From positions 31,664 to 95,663 of the forward strand of contig JACOYR010000006.1 in assembly GCA_016181765.1 (NCBI GenBank): a stretch of 64,000 bases of DNA, written 5' to 3'. Position numbers and translations under genes: made by a program. The DNA comes from Parcubacteria group bacterium (GTDB taxonomy: Bacteria > Patescibacteriota > Patescibacteriia > UBA2169). Below, in pieces: positions 28,805 through 38,379 of this stretch (positions within the stretch are counted from its first letter, which is position 1; every line of letters starts with the position of its first letter). Below the pieces are notes generated by a model that had not been told where the DNA came from, ran no database searches, and saw nothing but the letters and a program-made list of their open reading frames with translations.

Positions 28805-29341
28805 ATGTCAGGCCACTCAAAATGGCACTCAATCAAGCACCAAAAAGCGGCGGCTGACGCCAAAAAGGGCGCTGCTTTTACGCGCGTCTCCCGCAATATC
28901 ACCATTGCGGCGCGCGAGCGCGGAGGAGACCCGGAAACCAACGCCAAGCTGCGGCTGGCCATAGACCAGGCCCGCAACGTGAACATGCCCAAAGACAACA
29001 TCCAGCGCGCCATTGACCGCGGAACCGGCACGGGCAGCGAGTCACAGCTCACCGAAACTCTGTACGAGGGCTATGGCCCTGCCGGGGTCGCGCTCATCGT
29101 CAAGGTGGTTACGGACAACACCAACCGCGCGGTATCTGATTTGCGGCACATTTTGAACAAGCACGGCGGGACGCTTGGAAAATCGGGATCAGTGATGTGG
29201 AACTTTGAGTTCAAAAACGGCGAGTACGTTCCCAGGAGCACGATTGCGCTTGATGCGGAAGCCAAGGAAAAATTTGAGGCGTTCGCTGGCGCGCTCGGAG
29301 AGCTGGAAGACATAAACGACTTCTACGACAATGCGGTATGA
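28805..29341 (+). CDS. yebC: YebC/PmpR-family protein (shortened form)
   Basis: MSGHSKW..IKH.K, GGDPETN..LR, NMPKDNI.RAI, YEGYGP.GVA, TDN.NR. Confidence 0.92.
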   Translation: MSGHSKWHSIKHQKAAADAKKGAAFTRVSRNITIAARERGGDPETNAKLRLAIDQARNVNMPKDNIQRAIDRGTGTGSESQLTETLYEGYGPAGVALIVKVVTDNTNRAVSDLRHILNKHGGTLGKSGSVMWNFEFKNGEYVPRSTIALDAEAKEKFEAFAGALGELEDINDFYDNAV

Positions 29342-29826
29342 TTATCCTTGGCATAGACCCAGGAATAGCTGACACCGGATTTGGAGTAATCAAAAAAACG
29401 AACGACTCGTTTCGCGCCCAAGCTTTTGGGACTATTGCCACGCGGAAAACAGACGCATTGACGGACCGGCTGAAGGAACTCTTTGATGGGATACAGGGGC
29501 TCATCAAAAAATACAAGCCAGAGCGCATTGCCGTGGAACAGCTTTTTTTTGCCAAGAACGCCAAAACCGCGATTACCGTGGCGCACGGCCGAGGAGTCAT
29601 CCTGCTCGCGGCAAAGAGCGCGGGATGCGAAGTCCGGGAGTACACCCCCCTGCAGGTAAAACAGGCCATCACCGGCTATGGCGCGGCGAGCAAATCGCAA
29701 ATCCAGCGCATGGTAAAAACCATTCTCGCGCTCAAAACAATTCCCCGGCCCGATGATGCGGCAGATGCGCTCGCTATTGCCATTTGCGCGGGGCAAACAA
29801 ACCATTCGTTGTCATTGCGAGCATAA
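29338..29826 (+). CDS. ruvC: Holliday junction resolvase RuvC
   Basis: ILGIDPG...TGFG, AVEQLFF, YTP.QVK..ITGYG.A.K.Q, DDAADALAIA. Confidence 0.95.
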   Translation: MIILGIDPGIADTGFGVIKKTNDSFRAQAFGTIATRKTDALTDRLKELFDGIQGLIKKYKPERIAVEQLFFAKNAKTAITVAHGRGVILLAAKSAGCEVREYTPLQVKQAITGYGAASKSQIQRMVKTILALKTIPRPDDAADALAIAICAGQTNHSLSLRA

Positions 29827-29886
29827 GCGAAGCAATCCCGTGAACGACGAAATTGCCGCGGGAGCTATCGCTCCCTCGCAATGACA
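29810..29886. repeat. REP-like palindrome of the (C/T)GTCATTGCGAG...CTCGCAATGAC type
   Basis: TGTCATTGCGAG...GAAGCAATC...GAAATTGC...CTCGCAATGACA; overlaps the ruvC stop and abuts the tyrS stop. Confidence 0.8.
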
Positions 29887-31074
29887 TTATGAAATTTCCG
29901 CGAACCTGCGCTTGCCCACTTGGATGATGGCGCCCTTGTTGACGTCAATTTTCGCCTTCCAGTCGCTTACCAGCGCATCGTCCACCCGCACGCCGCCCTG
30001 CTCAATGAGGCGCTTTGCTTCTGACCGGGATTGCGCAAGCCCCAGTGCAACAAGCAATTCGTCCGCTTGTTTTTGTTTGCCGGAAACCTTCTTTTTTGGG
30101 ATGTCCGAGGGCAAGGCGCCGGACCGAAACACTGCATTGAATTCTTTCTCCGCAGCCTGTGCCGCTTTGGCGCCATGGTACATCCCAACGATTTCAAGCG
30201 CGAGGCGCGCTTTTGCGTCGCGCGGATTTTCGCCTTTCTTGAGTTCGCGCTCAATCTGCCGAATAGCATCCAAAGGCACATCCGTGCATAATTCAAAATA
30301 GGTGACGATAAGCCCGTCCGAAAGCGACATGATTTTTCCGTACATGTCAGCGGGCTCGTCATCCAAGTAGACGCAGTTATCATACGTCTTGCTCATCAAT
30401 CTTCCGTCTGTGCCTTCGATGAGAGGTGTGGTCAAGACGCATTTGTCGCGCTTGCCGAATGCTTTCTGCATCGTCCGGCCCGCAAGCATGTTAAATTCCT
30501 GATCCGTCCCGCCGATTTCGAAATCGACATCCAATACGACGGAGTCGTAGCCCACCATCATCGGATACAAAAACTCATGGATGCCGAGCGGATTGCCTTT
30601 TTTTATTCTACACTCGAATGCGTCCCGTTGTTCCATCTGCTGCACGGTGAAGAGGCTCGCATGTTTCATGATGTCTTCGTACGTGAGCTTCTCCAGCCAT
30701 TCATGATTATAGCGCACGTCGATTTTTGAAAAATCGAGAACTTTCGCCGCTTGCTTCTTGTATGTCTCAAAGTTCGATTGCACTTGCTCTCTGGTGAGTG
30801 GTTTGCGCATGGCGTCTTTGTCCGACGGGTCCCCGAGCATGGCTGTGAAGCTTCCGATGATCAGAATGGCTTCGTGGCCCGCGTCCGCAAACTGCATCAA
30901 TTTCCGCATTGGAATCGTATGGCCGAGGTGCATGCGCGTTCCCGTGGGATCGATACCCCAATACACGCGAAGCTTCCTGCCGGATGCGAGCTTTTCCTCG
31001 GCAAGATTCTGCGGGATCGCTTTCGCGACGCCTCGGGTGAGGAGTTCGTAAGTTTTTGCTTGCTTTTTTGCCAT
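29887..31074 (-). CDS. tyrS: Tyrosine--tRNA ligase
   Basis: GIDPTG..MHLGH, EFLYP...GYD, GGTDQ.FN, MSKT, C-terminal S4 domain QVGKRRF. Confidence 0.96.
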   Translation of the reverse strand: MAKKQAKTYELLTRGVAKAIPQNLAEEKLASGRKLRVYWGIDPTGTRMHLGHTIPMRKLMQFADAGHEAILIIGSFTAMLGDPSDKDAMRKPLTREQVQSNFETYKKQAAKVLDFSKIDVRYNHEWLEKLTYEDIMKHASLFTVQQMEQRDAFECRIKKGNPLGIHEFLYPMMVGYDSVVLDVDFEIGGTDQEFNMLAGRTMQKAFGKRDKCVLTTPLIEGTDGRLMSKTYDNCVYLDDEPADMYGKIMSLSDGLIVTYFELCTDVPLDAIRQIERELKKGENPRDAKARLALEIVGMYHGAKAAQAAEKEFNAVFRSGALPSDIPKKKVSGKQKQADELLVALGLAQSRSEAKRLIEQGGVRVDDALVSDWKAKIDVNKGAIIQVGKRRFAEIS

Positions 31075-31137
31075 AAAATAAGTATGGTATAGGTACCACT
31101 GATGGATTCATTTTAGCAAAATAATTGGAATAACACT

Positions 31138-31617
31138 ATGGTCAGAGAGTCAATGCCGCACCATAATCCAGAGACAGAACCAGAGAGCGCTGTGCGGTCT
31201 GAAGTGCTGGAGAGCGTCAAACAAACCCTGCTCAAACAGCTTCCATCCGAACTTCAAGAACACTGGAAAGATGCATCTATCAAACAAATCAGTGAAGTGC
31301 TTGATGCGCGGAAAGAAGAAGGCTACGAGGCATTTCGCGGCTACCATACTTCGGATATTGACCTGAATGTGGGCGACTTTTTACGGCCCGGAAGCGACGG
31401 CACAATCCACTATACCGCCTCGCCGGATACATTATACGGAAAAAAAGCAAAGTACCTATACACCGTTGAAGGGTCAAACACCGACCAAGTCAACGACGAA
31501 GCGCTTGGATGGCATCAATCACACGCCCCTCTCAAAATTATTGCTAAAATAGATTTAACACAGGACACTCCCGAGACAATAGGAGCGTCTTTCGCAGACG
31601 TTGAGTACTCCGGATAA
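31138..31617 (+). CDS. Hypothetical protein with possible Arr-like ADP-ribosyltransferase domain
   Basis: GYHTSDIDLNVGDFLRPG...IHYT...YLYTVE...HAPLKIIAKI resembles the Arr motif order YHGT.ADL..GD.L..G / IYFT / IY.VE / S..PL.IVGE. Confidence 0.5.
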   Translation: MVRESMPHHNPETEPESAVRSEVLESVKQTLLKQLPSELQEHWKDASIKQISEVLDARKEEGYEAFRGYHTSDIDLNVGDFLRPGSDGTIHYTASPDTLYGKKAKYLYTVEGSNTDQVNDEALGWHQSHAPLKIIAKIDLTQDTPETIGASFADVEYSG

Positions 31618-31622
31618 ACCTC

Positions 31623-34550
31623 ATGCCCATTCCGCATTTCAAACACAGCCGCTCCTGGGGCGACCAGAACAGCCGCCCCCGGTATTCCCAGCGACGCATC
31701 CAACAGAACAAGCTCGGAGGTACACCGGCTAGAAGAATGCCCAGCTTTAAGCGCGGCAACGTAAAAGCAATCATCGCATTCCTCATCCCCTATGCCCTCA
31801 TTGCCGCGGCCCTGGGCATCCTTTTTGTGCTGGCACTGTTTGCGTGGTACTCGCGAAACCTGCCCACCCCGGACAAAATTATTGACAGATCAGTCGCCCA
31901 AAGTACTAAAATTTACGATTCTACAGGGGAGCACGTCCTGTTTGAAGCGTTTGACACCCAGCGCCGCACCATCATCCCCCTTGAGCAGATCCCGGAGCAC
32001 GTACGGAAAGGGACTATCCTGATTGAAGACAAAAACTTCTACCTCCACAAAGGGTTTGACACCAAGGGCATCCTGCGCGCGGTCGTTAAAAACCTCGCAT
32101 GCTTGTGCAAGGCAGAGGGCGGCTCAACGCTCACCCAGCAACTCATCAAGAACGCCATCCTGACGAACGAAAAAGCGTTCTCCCGCAAGATCAAGGAGTT
32201 CGTGCTCGCGTACCAGATTGAGCGCAAGTTTGACAAAGACCAGATCCTCCAGCTCTACTTCAACGAAATCCCCTACGGCTCAAGCGCGTACGGCATTGAG
32301 TCCGCGAGCCAGTTCTACCTGGGCAAGAGCGCCAAAGATCTCACAGTCGCGGAAGGCGCGTACCTGGCGGCGCTGCCGCGGGCGCCCACGTACTACTCCC
32401 CGTACGGCTCGCATTTGGAGGATTTGAAAAACCGGAAAAACCACATCATCAGCCTGCTCTTGGATGCCGGGGACCTCGCCGAGGAAGAGGCCCAGGCCGC
32501 GCAAAATGAGGAGGTCGTGTTCGCCGAAAAATCAAACCTCTTAAACCGCGCCCCGCACTTCGTGATCGGGGTGCGCGAAGAGTTGGCCTCCAAGTACGGG
32601 GAGCGGGAGGTTGAGCAGGGAGGCCTCAAGGTGACTACTACCCTTGATTGGGACATGCAGCAGCAAGCCGAAGCCGCGGTCGCGGAATTTGCCGAACGGA
32701 ACGCGGAACAATACAACGCCACGAACGCGTCCCTGGTTGCGCTTGACCCAAAAACCGGGCACATCCTTGCCATGGTCGGCTCCCGCGACTACTTTAACGA
32801 AGAGATTGACGGCAACTTCAACGTGGCAACCCAGGGGGCGCGCCAGCCCGGCTCCTCCTTTAAGCCGTTCGTGTATGCGGCTGGGTTTGAGAAAGGCTAC
32901 ACCGATAAAACCACGCTCTGGGACGTGGTGACCGAATTCGGCAGAGGCGCGGACGGGAGGGAATACGTGCCCCACAACTATGACCTCAAAGAGCACGGCC
33001 CGCTATCCGTAAGAGCCGCGCTCCAGGGCTCCATCAACATTCCGGCAGTCAAAATGCTCTATTTGGTCGGGCCCGGAAACGTGATTAAAAAAGCCGAAGA
33101 AATCGGGTACACCACGTTTGAAGACCCGGATCGCTATGGGCTCTCGTTGGTCTTGGGAGGCGCCGAGGTAAGGCTCATTGAGCACACGCAGGCGTATGCC
33201 ATGCTCGCGAACGGCGGGATCGCAAAACCCGCGGTCTCCATACTCAAAGTGGAAGACGCACGCGGCAAAGTGCTCCAGGAGCACGAGGAAGAAGAGGGAA
33301 CGCGCGTTATGGGCGAACAGGTGGTGCGGCTCTTATCTGACGTGCTCTCGGACAATGATGCGCGCGCGTACGTGTTCGGCGCGAGCAACTACCTCACCCT
33401 CGGAGGGCGCCCGGTTGCCGCAAAAACCGGGACCACCAATGACTACCGGGACGCGTGGACCTTGGGCTACACGCCGAGCCTTGCGGCAGGGGTCTGGGTC
33501 GGCAACAGCGACTTCTCCGAAATGAAGCGCGGGGCGGACGGGTCCGTGGTTGCGGCCCCCATCTGGAACCGGTTCATGCGCGCAGCGCTTGAGGGCAGGC
33601 CCATTGAATACTTCCCCAAGCCGGAGATTGAGTACCCAAACAAGCCGGTGTTGCGTGGGGACCTTGAGGGCGGCACCCCGGTCCGCATTGACCGCGCAAG
33701 CGGCTTGCTCGCAACCGAGATGACTCCTGAATCCTTTATTGAAGAAAAAATATTCCGCACCGGCCACTCCATCCTGTACTACGTTGACCCGGAGGACCCG
33801 CTTGGGCCAACTCCCTCCGAGGGCGACCGGGACCCTGCCTACCCCAAGTGGGAAGTCGCGGTGGAGCGCTGGATGGCGGAGAATGATTGGAAAGCTGATG
33901 AAGGTTCTATTCCGACCGAATATGACAACCTGCACGTGTTTGAAAATAAGCCCTCAATTTCAATTATTGAGCCAAGCGACGGCCAGACCGTAAGCGGGGA
34001 CATCATCTTTTTCCGCGTTGAGGCTTCGGCTCCGCGCGGCATCTCGCGCGTGGAGTTCTATGTTGATAATGAGCTGGTTGCCGAAAGCCGGAGCGCGCCG
34101 TACACCGGGCGCTACATCCCGAACCCTTCAGTTGCGAACGGCTTCCACGCGTTGCGGGCCGTCGCGTATGATGACATTGACAACAGCGAAAGCGTGTCCG
34201 CAAACTTCAACCTGCTCCTGCAAAAGACTGCCTTGTCCGCGAGCTGGACCGCGCCAAAGAGCAATGCCGTATTCAGCGAGTTTGATTTCCCGGTTGCCAT
34301 TGAGCTCACTCTTCCGGGCGCTGACATTGCCCAAGTGGAGCTCTTTGCCGCGCCCAAAGCAAAACCGAGCCAGTACGCGCTCATCAGCACACTCTCCCCG
34401 AACAGCACAACCGTTAAAACCACCTGGGACGCCATACCGCCGCTCGGCGGGGACTACGAAATCTATGCCGTGCTCTGGGACAGCCAAAACACCCCGCACC
34501 GCGTGGCCGGGGTGGATGTTGTGGTTGACGTGCCGGAGGGCGTTGAATAA
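31623..34550 (+). CDS. Class A penicillin-binding protein (PBP1A family) with C-terminal Ig-like domains
   Basis: EDKNFY.H.G, GGSTLTQQL.KN, RKIKE (transglycosylase); QPGSSFKP, SIN, KTGT (transpeptidase); C-terminal ISRVEFYVD...PY...G.H.L.AVAYD. Confidence 0.93.
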   Translation: MPIPHFKHSRSWGDQNSRPRYSQRRIQQNKLGGTPARRMPSFKRGNVKAIIAFLIPYALIAAALGILFVLALFAWYSRNLPTPDKIIDRSVAQSTKIYDSTGEHVLFEAFDTQRRTIIPLEQIPEHVRKGTILIEDKNFYLHKGFDTKGILRAVVKNLACLCKAEGGSTLTQQLIKNAILTNEKAFSRKIKEFVLAYQIERKFDKDQILQLYFNEIPYGSSAYGIESASQFYLGKSAKDLTVAEGAYLAALPRAPTYYSPYGSHLEDLKNRKNHIISLLLDAGDLAEEEAQAAQNEEVVFAEKSNLLNRAPHFVIGVREELASKYGEREVEQGGLKVTTTLDWDMQQQAEAAVAEFAERNAEQYNATNASLVALDPKTGHILAMVGSRDYFNEEIDGNFNVATQGARQPGSSFKPFVYAAGFEKGYTDKTTLWDVVTEFGRGADGREYVPHNYDLKEHGPLSVRAALQGSINIPAVKMLYLVGPGNVIKKAEEIGYTTFEDPDRYGLSLVLGGAEVRLIEHTQAYAMLANGGIAKPAVSILKVEDARGKVLQEHEEEEGTRVMGEQVVRLLSDVLSDNDARAYVFGASNYLTLGGRPVAAKTGTTNDYRDAWTLGYTPSLAAGVWVGNSDFSEMKRGADGSVVAAPIWNRFMRAALEGRPIEYFPKPEIEYPNKPVLRGDLEGGTPVRIDRASGLLATEMTPESFIEEKIFRTGHSILYYVDPEDPLGPTPSEGDRDPAYPKWEVAVERWMAENDWKADEGSIPTEYDNLHVFENKPSISIIEPSDGQTVSGDIIFFRVEASAPRGISRVEFYVDNELVAESRSAPYTGRYIPNPSVANGFHALRAVAYDDIDNSESVSANFNLLLQKTALSASWTAPKSNAVFSEFDFPVAIELTLPGADIAQVELFAAPKAKPSQYALISTLSPNSTTVKTTWDAIPPLGGDYEIYAVLWDSQNTPHRVAGVDVVVDVPEGVE

Positions 34551-34580
34551 CAATGCCAAACGTGATATACTCTTCTTACT

Positions 34581-34835
34581 ATGCCTCCGGTCACCACAAG
34601 AGCAACCTATAAAGAAAAAGAGGGAATTATCGTGCCCGACACAAAGCCGGACTTTGAGCTCGGAAATGTTACTGTCACCTACTTTCCGAAAAGAGGGGCC
34701 AACAGAGGATTAGCCGAAGCCGCGAAAAGGACATTCGGGGCGTGGGGAAACGAAAAAGAAACCGGCATTGAATACGAAAACAAAATAAGAGAAGAAGCCG
34801 AACAGCATTTCAAAGATGCATGGGGGAATACCTAG
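34581..34835 (+). CDS. Putative VapB-like antitoxin
   Basis: Small ORF overlapping a PIN toxin; ends FGAW....TGIEY...IR. Confidence 0.6.
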   Translation: MPPVTTRATYKEKEGIIVPDTKPDFELGNVTVTYFPKRGANRGLAEAAKRTFGAWGNEKETGIEYENKIREEAEQHFKDAWGNT

Positions 34836-35203
34836 CAGACTCAAACATATTCATCGATCACTTGAGGCGCCACGCCTCAATGGAGCCGTTTATGGCGCGG
34901 GCGGAGCAGGAGGGCTATGGTTTGCATATCTCAACCTTAACACTGGCTGAAATTGAATCCGGGCAATCAATGAACAGCCTCACTAACCGGCAAGAGGCGA
35001 ACTTTTTGCTTTCAAAGTTTGAAACTATAGCCGTTAATGATGGCATCGCGCAACGCGCGGGAGAGATGCGCCGAATATACGGAATTGAAATTATTGATGC
35101 TCTCATAGCGGCAACCGCACTCTCGGTCAACGCAACGCTCGTAACAAGAAACATCAAGCACTTTGAGGGAATTCCGGAGCTTGAAATCAAAACCCTCGCC
35201 TGA
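34820..35203 (+). CDS. VapC PIN-domain toxin
   Basis: YLADSNIFID, S..T.AE, DALIAATA....TLVTRN.KHF. Confidence 0.92.
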   Translation: MGEYLADSNIFIDHLRRHASMEPFMARAEQEGYGLHISTLTLAEIESGQSMNSLTNRQEANFLLSKFETIAVNDGIAQRAGEMRRIYGIEIIDALIAATALSVNATLVTRNIKHFEGIPELEIKTLA

Positions 35204-35325
35204 CGAGACAAAAAGAAGACCCCAGGCTCATGCAGAACCCGGGGTTGTGTTGCAAGTTGAGCCCGTAGCGCTCAACTTGATGAAAGAACTCTTGCGTGGC
35301 TGCGGCACGCAGGCGATGCGGCTGG

Positions 35326-35607
35326 CTAGGCCGCGACGCCGCGAGCGGCCCGGCGGGCGCGATCGGAAGCGCAAATGAGCACACTTCCGAATTCACTGAC
35401 GGTCATGTCCTTGGACACGACCGTCCCCGCGGTGCGCGGGCCGCTCGCATTGTAGACGAGGGCCTCGTCGTACTTGCCCCCGAGGTTTTGTGGGATCTCG
35501 AGGAGAGCTTCTCCCTCGGACGAGCACTCTTCACAGAACTCCCACCCGTCCGACGTATTTGCCGTGTCTGGACCACGGCATACCATGATCCATGTGGCTG
35601 CGGCCAT
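35326..35607 (-). CDS. Hypothetical protein
   Basis: 93-aa ORF with AGGAGG upstream of the ATG and a consensus promoter further upstream. Confidence 0.5.
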   Translation of the reverse strand: MAAATWIMVCRGPDTANTSDGWEFCEECSSEGEALLEIPQNLGGKYDEALVYNASGPRTAGTVVSKDMTVSEFGSVLICASDRARRAARGVAA

Positions 35608-35784
35608 TGCGGCCTCCTGTAGGTTATCTCCGTGGAATTACTGAGACATGCTTTACGCCCTCAAGCGGGCAGAACTGCGGTTGGCCGGAGTTTCCAGCCA
35701 TCATCCTGCAAGCCAGTATTAGACTAGCAAAATGATAGCTGGAATGTAAAGGTAAGGTACTTTTTTGGTGTTTACTATAATATC

Positions 35785-35813
35785 ATTATACCACATCTAA
35801 AAAATCTTGTCAA
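35785..35813 (-). promoter_or_regulatory. Perfect-consensus sigma70 promoter (minus strand)
   Basis: TTGACA-N17-TATAAT with extended TG. Confidence 0.8.
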
Positions 35814-35873
35814 TAGCACAAAAACGCCCTATTTCATAGAGTTGCCATATTTTAACTAATATTAGCAAAACTA

Positions 35874-36164
35874 TCAAACCATAAACCGCAATTCGCTGAC
35901 ACGGCCGCTCCCAAAGCGCTCTTTGAGCGCGGCGATAATATCCTGCTCGCACATTTTGAGCTCGTTTGAGACGGAATTGGAAAGAACCGCAACCCACAGG
36001 CAGCGGTCTTTTACGTAGACAGCACGGCACTTGCTCGCCGCCTCGCCCAGAACGTGCTTGGCAATTGCGTCAAACTCCTCGCACACGAGCGCATCGGAAA
36101 CCGCGCGGGAAATGCCCGCCTTGCGCAATGATTTTGGGACAAGATTGCCGACAGGTTCCCACAT
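35874..36164 (-). CDS. DUF721/DciA-family protein
   Basis: 96 aa directly downstream of dnaN; L.VAV.S..VSNELK....II..L...G...V..LRF pattern. Confidence 0.75.
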   Translation of the reverse strand: MWEPVGNLVPKSLRKAGISRAVSDALVCEEFDAIAKHVLGEAASKCRAVYVKDRCLWVAVLSNSVSNELKMCEQDIIAALKERFGSGRVSELRFMV

Positions 36165-36167
36165 GGA

Positions 36168-37265
36168 TTACTGCTTGATGGGCATCACCAGGTACAAATA
36201 CCCCTCGTCATTGTTGGGCGTAAACACTCCCGGGCTTGCGGAGCCCGAAAGCTGGATTGCGACTTCGCTGGTATGGATGGCCGAAAGCCCGTCCAGCACG
36301 TACCGATAATCAAATACAATGTCAACGTCCCCGCCCTCAATCTTGGCGGGCAGCTCAACCGTGTTCTCGCCGAGCGCCGAGGCGGATGCGGACACCATGA
36401 TGCGGTCCGAAGAAAACTGGAAGCTGACGTGGTTTAAGCCCTGCCGGCAGAAGAGGGACGCGGACTTGATGGCCCGCACCAGCGGCTCCTTGTCAATCAC
36501 CACCTTTGTGGTGCTGGCCTTGGGAATGATTTCCCGGTAGTTCGGGAACGTGCCCGAAATCAGGCGGCTCAAGAGCTCCACGTCGCCAATAGAGAACAGC
36601 ACCTGGTTCTCGCTTGCGCTTAAGGTGAGCTCACCTTCCTCGCGGGAGAGGATGCGGCCGAGCTCGCTTGCGGCGCGCGCCGGCACAATAATGCTCTGGG
36701 TCTTCTGGGAAGGAGCCTTGAGCGCTACCGAGCGTTCCGCGAGGCGGTAGGAATCCGTGCCCACTAGAGTCACTTTGTTCCCCTCAAACGAGAGCAGGAC
36801 CCCCGAAAGCTCGGGCCGCGCATCGCTTGCCGAAACCGAGAACAGCACCTGCGAGAGTGCTCCGAAAAAATCGCTCCCGGGCATCACGGCAGTCGGCGTT
36901 CCGTCCAAAACAGGGATCACGGGAAACTCTTCCGCGGGGAGACCGTGAATCTTGGTGCGGGCGTTGCCGGAGCGGATTTCAAGGTGCTCCCCGGAAAGCT
37001 CAAGCGACACCGCAGAGCTCTCAAGCAATCCGACGTAGTCGTTGAACAGCCGCCCTGCCACCGTAAACGTCCCTTCCTGCTCAATTTTGCCGCGGATGGT
37101 TGCGGTGATGCCTATCTCAAGGTTTGTGGCCGAAAGCTTGAGCGCTCCCTCGCGGGCTTCAAGCAGCACGTTTGAGAGTATGGGCAAGGTCCCGCCTTTG
37201 GCCGCAATCGGCGCAACTTTGGCCAAAGCGTGCGCTAAGTTTTCCTGGGTGCATGAGAGCTTCAT
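36168..37265 (-). CDS. dnaN: DNA polymerase III beta clamp
   Basis: LPILSNVLL, ATNLEIGI, EEFP, RPELSGV, TDSYRLAE, SRLI.G.FPNY..IIP, YLVMP. Confidence 0.96.
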   Translation of the reverse strand: MKLSCTQENLAHALAKVAPIAAKGGTLPILSNVLLEAREGALKLSATNLEIGITATIRGKIEQEGTFTVAGRLFNDYVGLLESSAVSLELSGEHLEIRSGNARTKIHGLPAEEFPVIPVLDGTPTAVMPGSDFFGALSQVLFSVSASDARPELSGVLLSFEGNKVTLVGTDSYRLAERSVALKAPSQKTQSIIVPARAASELGRILSREEGELTLSASENQVLFSIGDVELLSRLISGTFPNYREIIPKASTTKVVIDKEPLVRAIKSASLFCRQGLNHVSFQFSSDRIMVSASASALGENTVELPAKIEGGDVDIVFDYRYVLDGLSAIHTSEVAIQLSGSASPGVFTPNNDEGYLYLVMPIKQ

Positions 37266-37340
37266 GCAGTAATAGTATCGCATCCATGCCAAAAACGGAA
37301 CGCACATGCGTTCCACAGGCTATCCCCAAGACGTTACCCG

Positions 37341-38315
37341 CTACCGGTACTTTGCGTGCCAGCCCATAATGATGCGCACGATTTTGCTGGTGTGCCGTTC
37401 GCGGCTGATGCGCAAAAACAACTCGGTCCAGGACGCATACTGGAACGTGGCCAGAATGCTCCCCATAACCACCAGGAGCAAAAATCCGACCGCCTGGCCG
37501 AGCGCCAAAAACACACTGCTCCCCACCCCCGCGGCAATGGTGTTGGCAATCATCAAAAATGGAGCAACGAGCGCGAGGATCAGAAAAATGGCGGCCCCGC
37601 CGACTATAATATTGACCGCAAACAGCGTCACCACGAGCTCTGCCGACACCAGCCAGTGGTCAAAAAACAGCGAGAGGGAGCGCACCACCGAGTTTCCAAG
37701 CGTGCGGCGTTCCAGCATGCGGTACGCGATTGCGTACTTGCTGATGATGGACGCTACCATGAGGAGCGGAATACCGAGCGCAAAACTGATGAGCGTGAGG
37801 GACTTAAGGGGGTCCACAAAATACAGAAGGAGCGCCGTGAGCGGCATGCCCACCACTCCGAGCACGAAAAACGCCCCGAGCCGGGTAACAACGAGAATCC
37901 CGAGAATCTGCCAGAATGATTTTCTGCCCGCAGCAAAGTGGGACCCGAGCGTGCCGCTTCCGGGATTTGCCGCGGCGCGGATGAGCGCGCCCTGCGCCGA
38001 AACCACGAGCCAAAACACGAGCACCACCACAAACGAAACTCCGCCCAGAACCGTGGCATTCTCTGCGGCCCGCGCCAGCAAGGAAGCGACCATATTGAGT
38101 ACCGTGCTCCCGCCGGTGCCAAACATGGCGAGGAGGCTCTCCCCGAAGAACACGTCTCCGGTTGAAAACCGGTTGAACTGGGTGATGACAAACTCAAATT
38201 CCCCGCCATTGCCCAAAAGCGCGGCCAAAAACCCGAGCGCCCACACGTGCGGATGCGTGCGCGTGGTGCGCCACGCGCGGCTCAAGGTTTTACGGTACAG
38301 AGAAGTTGGTTCCAT
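37341..38315 (-). CDS. Conserved multi-pass membrane protein
   Basis: Y...L.RAW..T......W.LG.LAALLG.GGE N-terminus; several TM helices. Confidence 0.65.
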   Translation of the reverse strand: MEPTSLYRKTLSRAWRTTRTHPHVWALGFLAALLGNGGEFEFVITQFNRFSTGDVFFGESLLAMFGTGGSTVLNMVASLLARAAENATVLGGVSFVVVLVFWLVVSAQGALIRAAANPGSGTLGSHFAAGRKSFWQILGILVVTRLGAFFVLGVVGMPLTALLLYFVDPLKSLTLISFALGIPLLMVASIISKYAIAYRMLERRTLGNSVVRSLSLFFDHWLVSAELVVTLFAVNIIVGGAAIFLILALVAPFLMIANTIAAGVGSSVFLALGQAVGFLLLVVMGSILATFQYASWTELFLRISRERHTSKIVRIIMGWHAKYR

Positions 38316-38379
38316 AGGTAATTTTGTTTTCCTCCGCTCTATGCTTCCAGTATACCACACCCGAGCTGCGGGTGCACGC

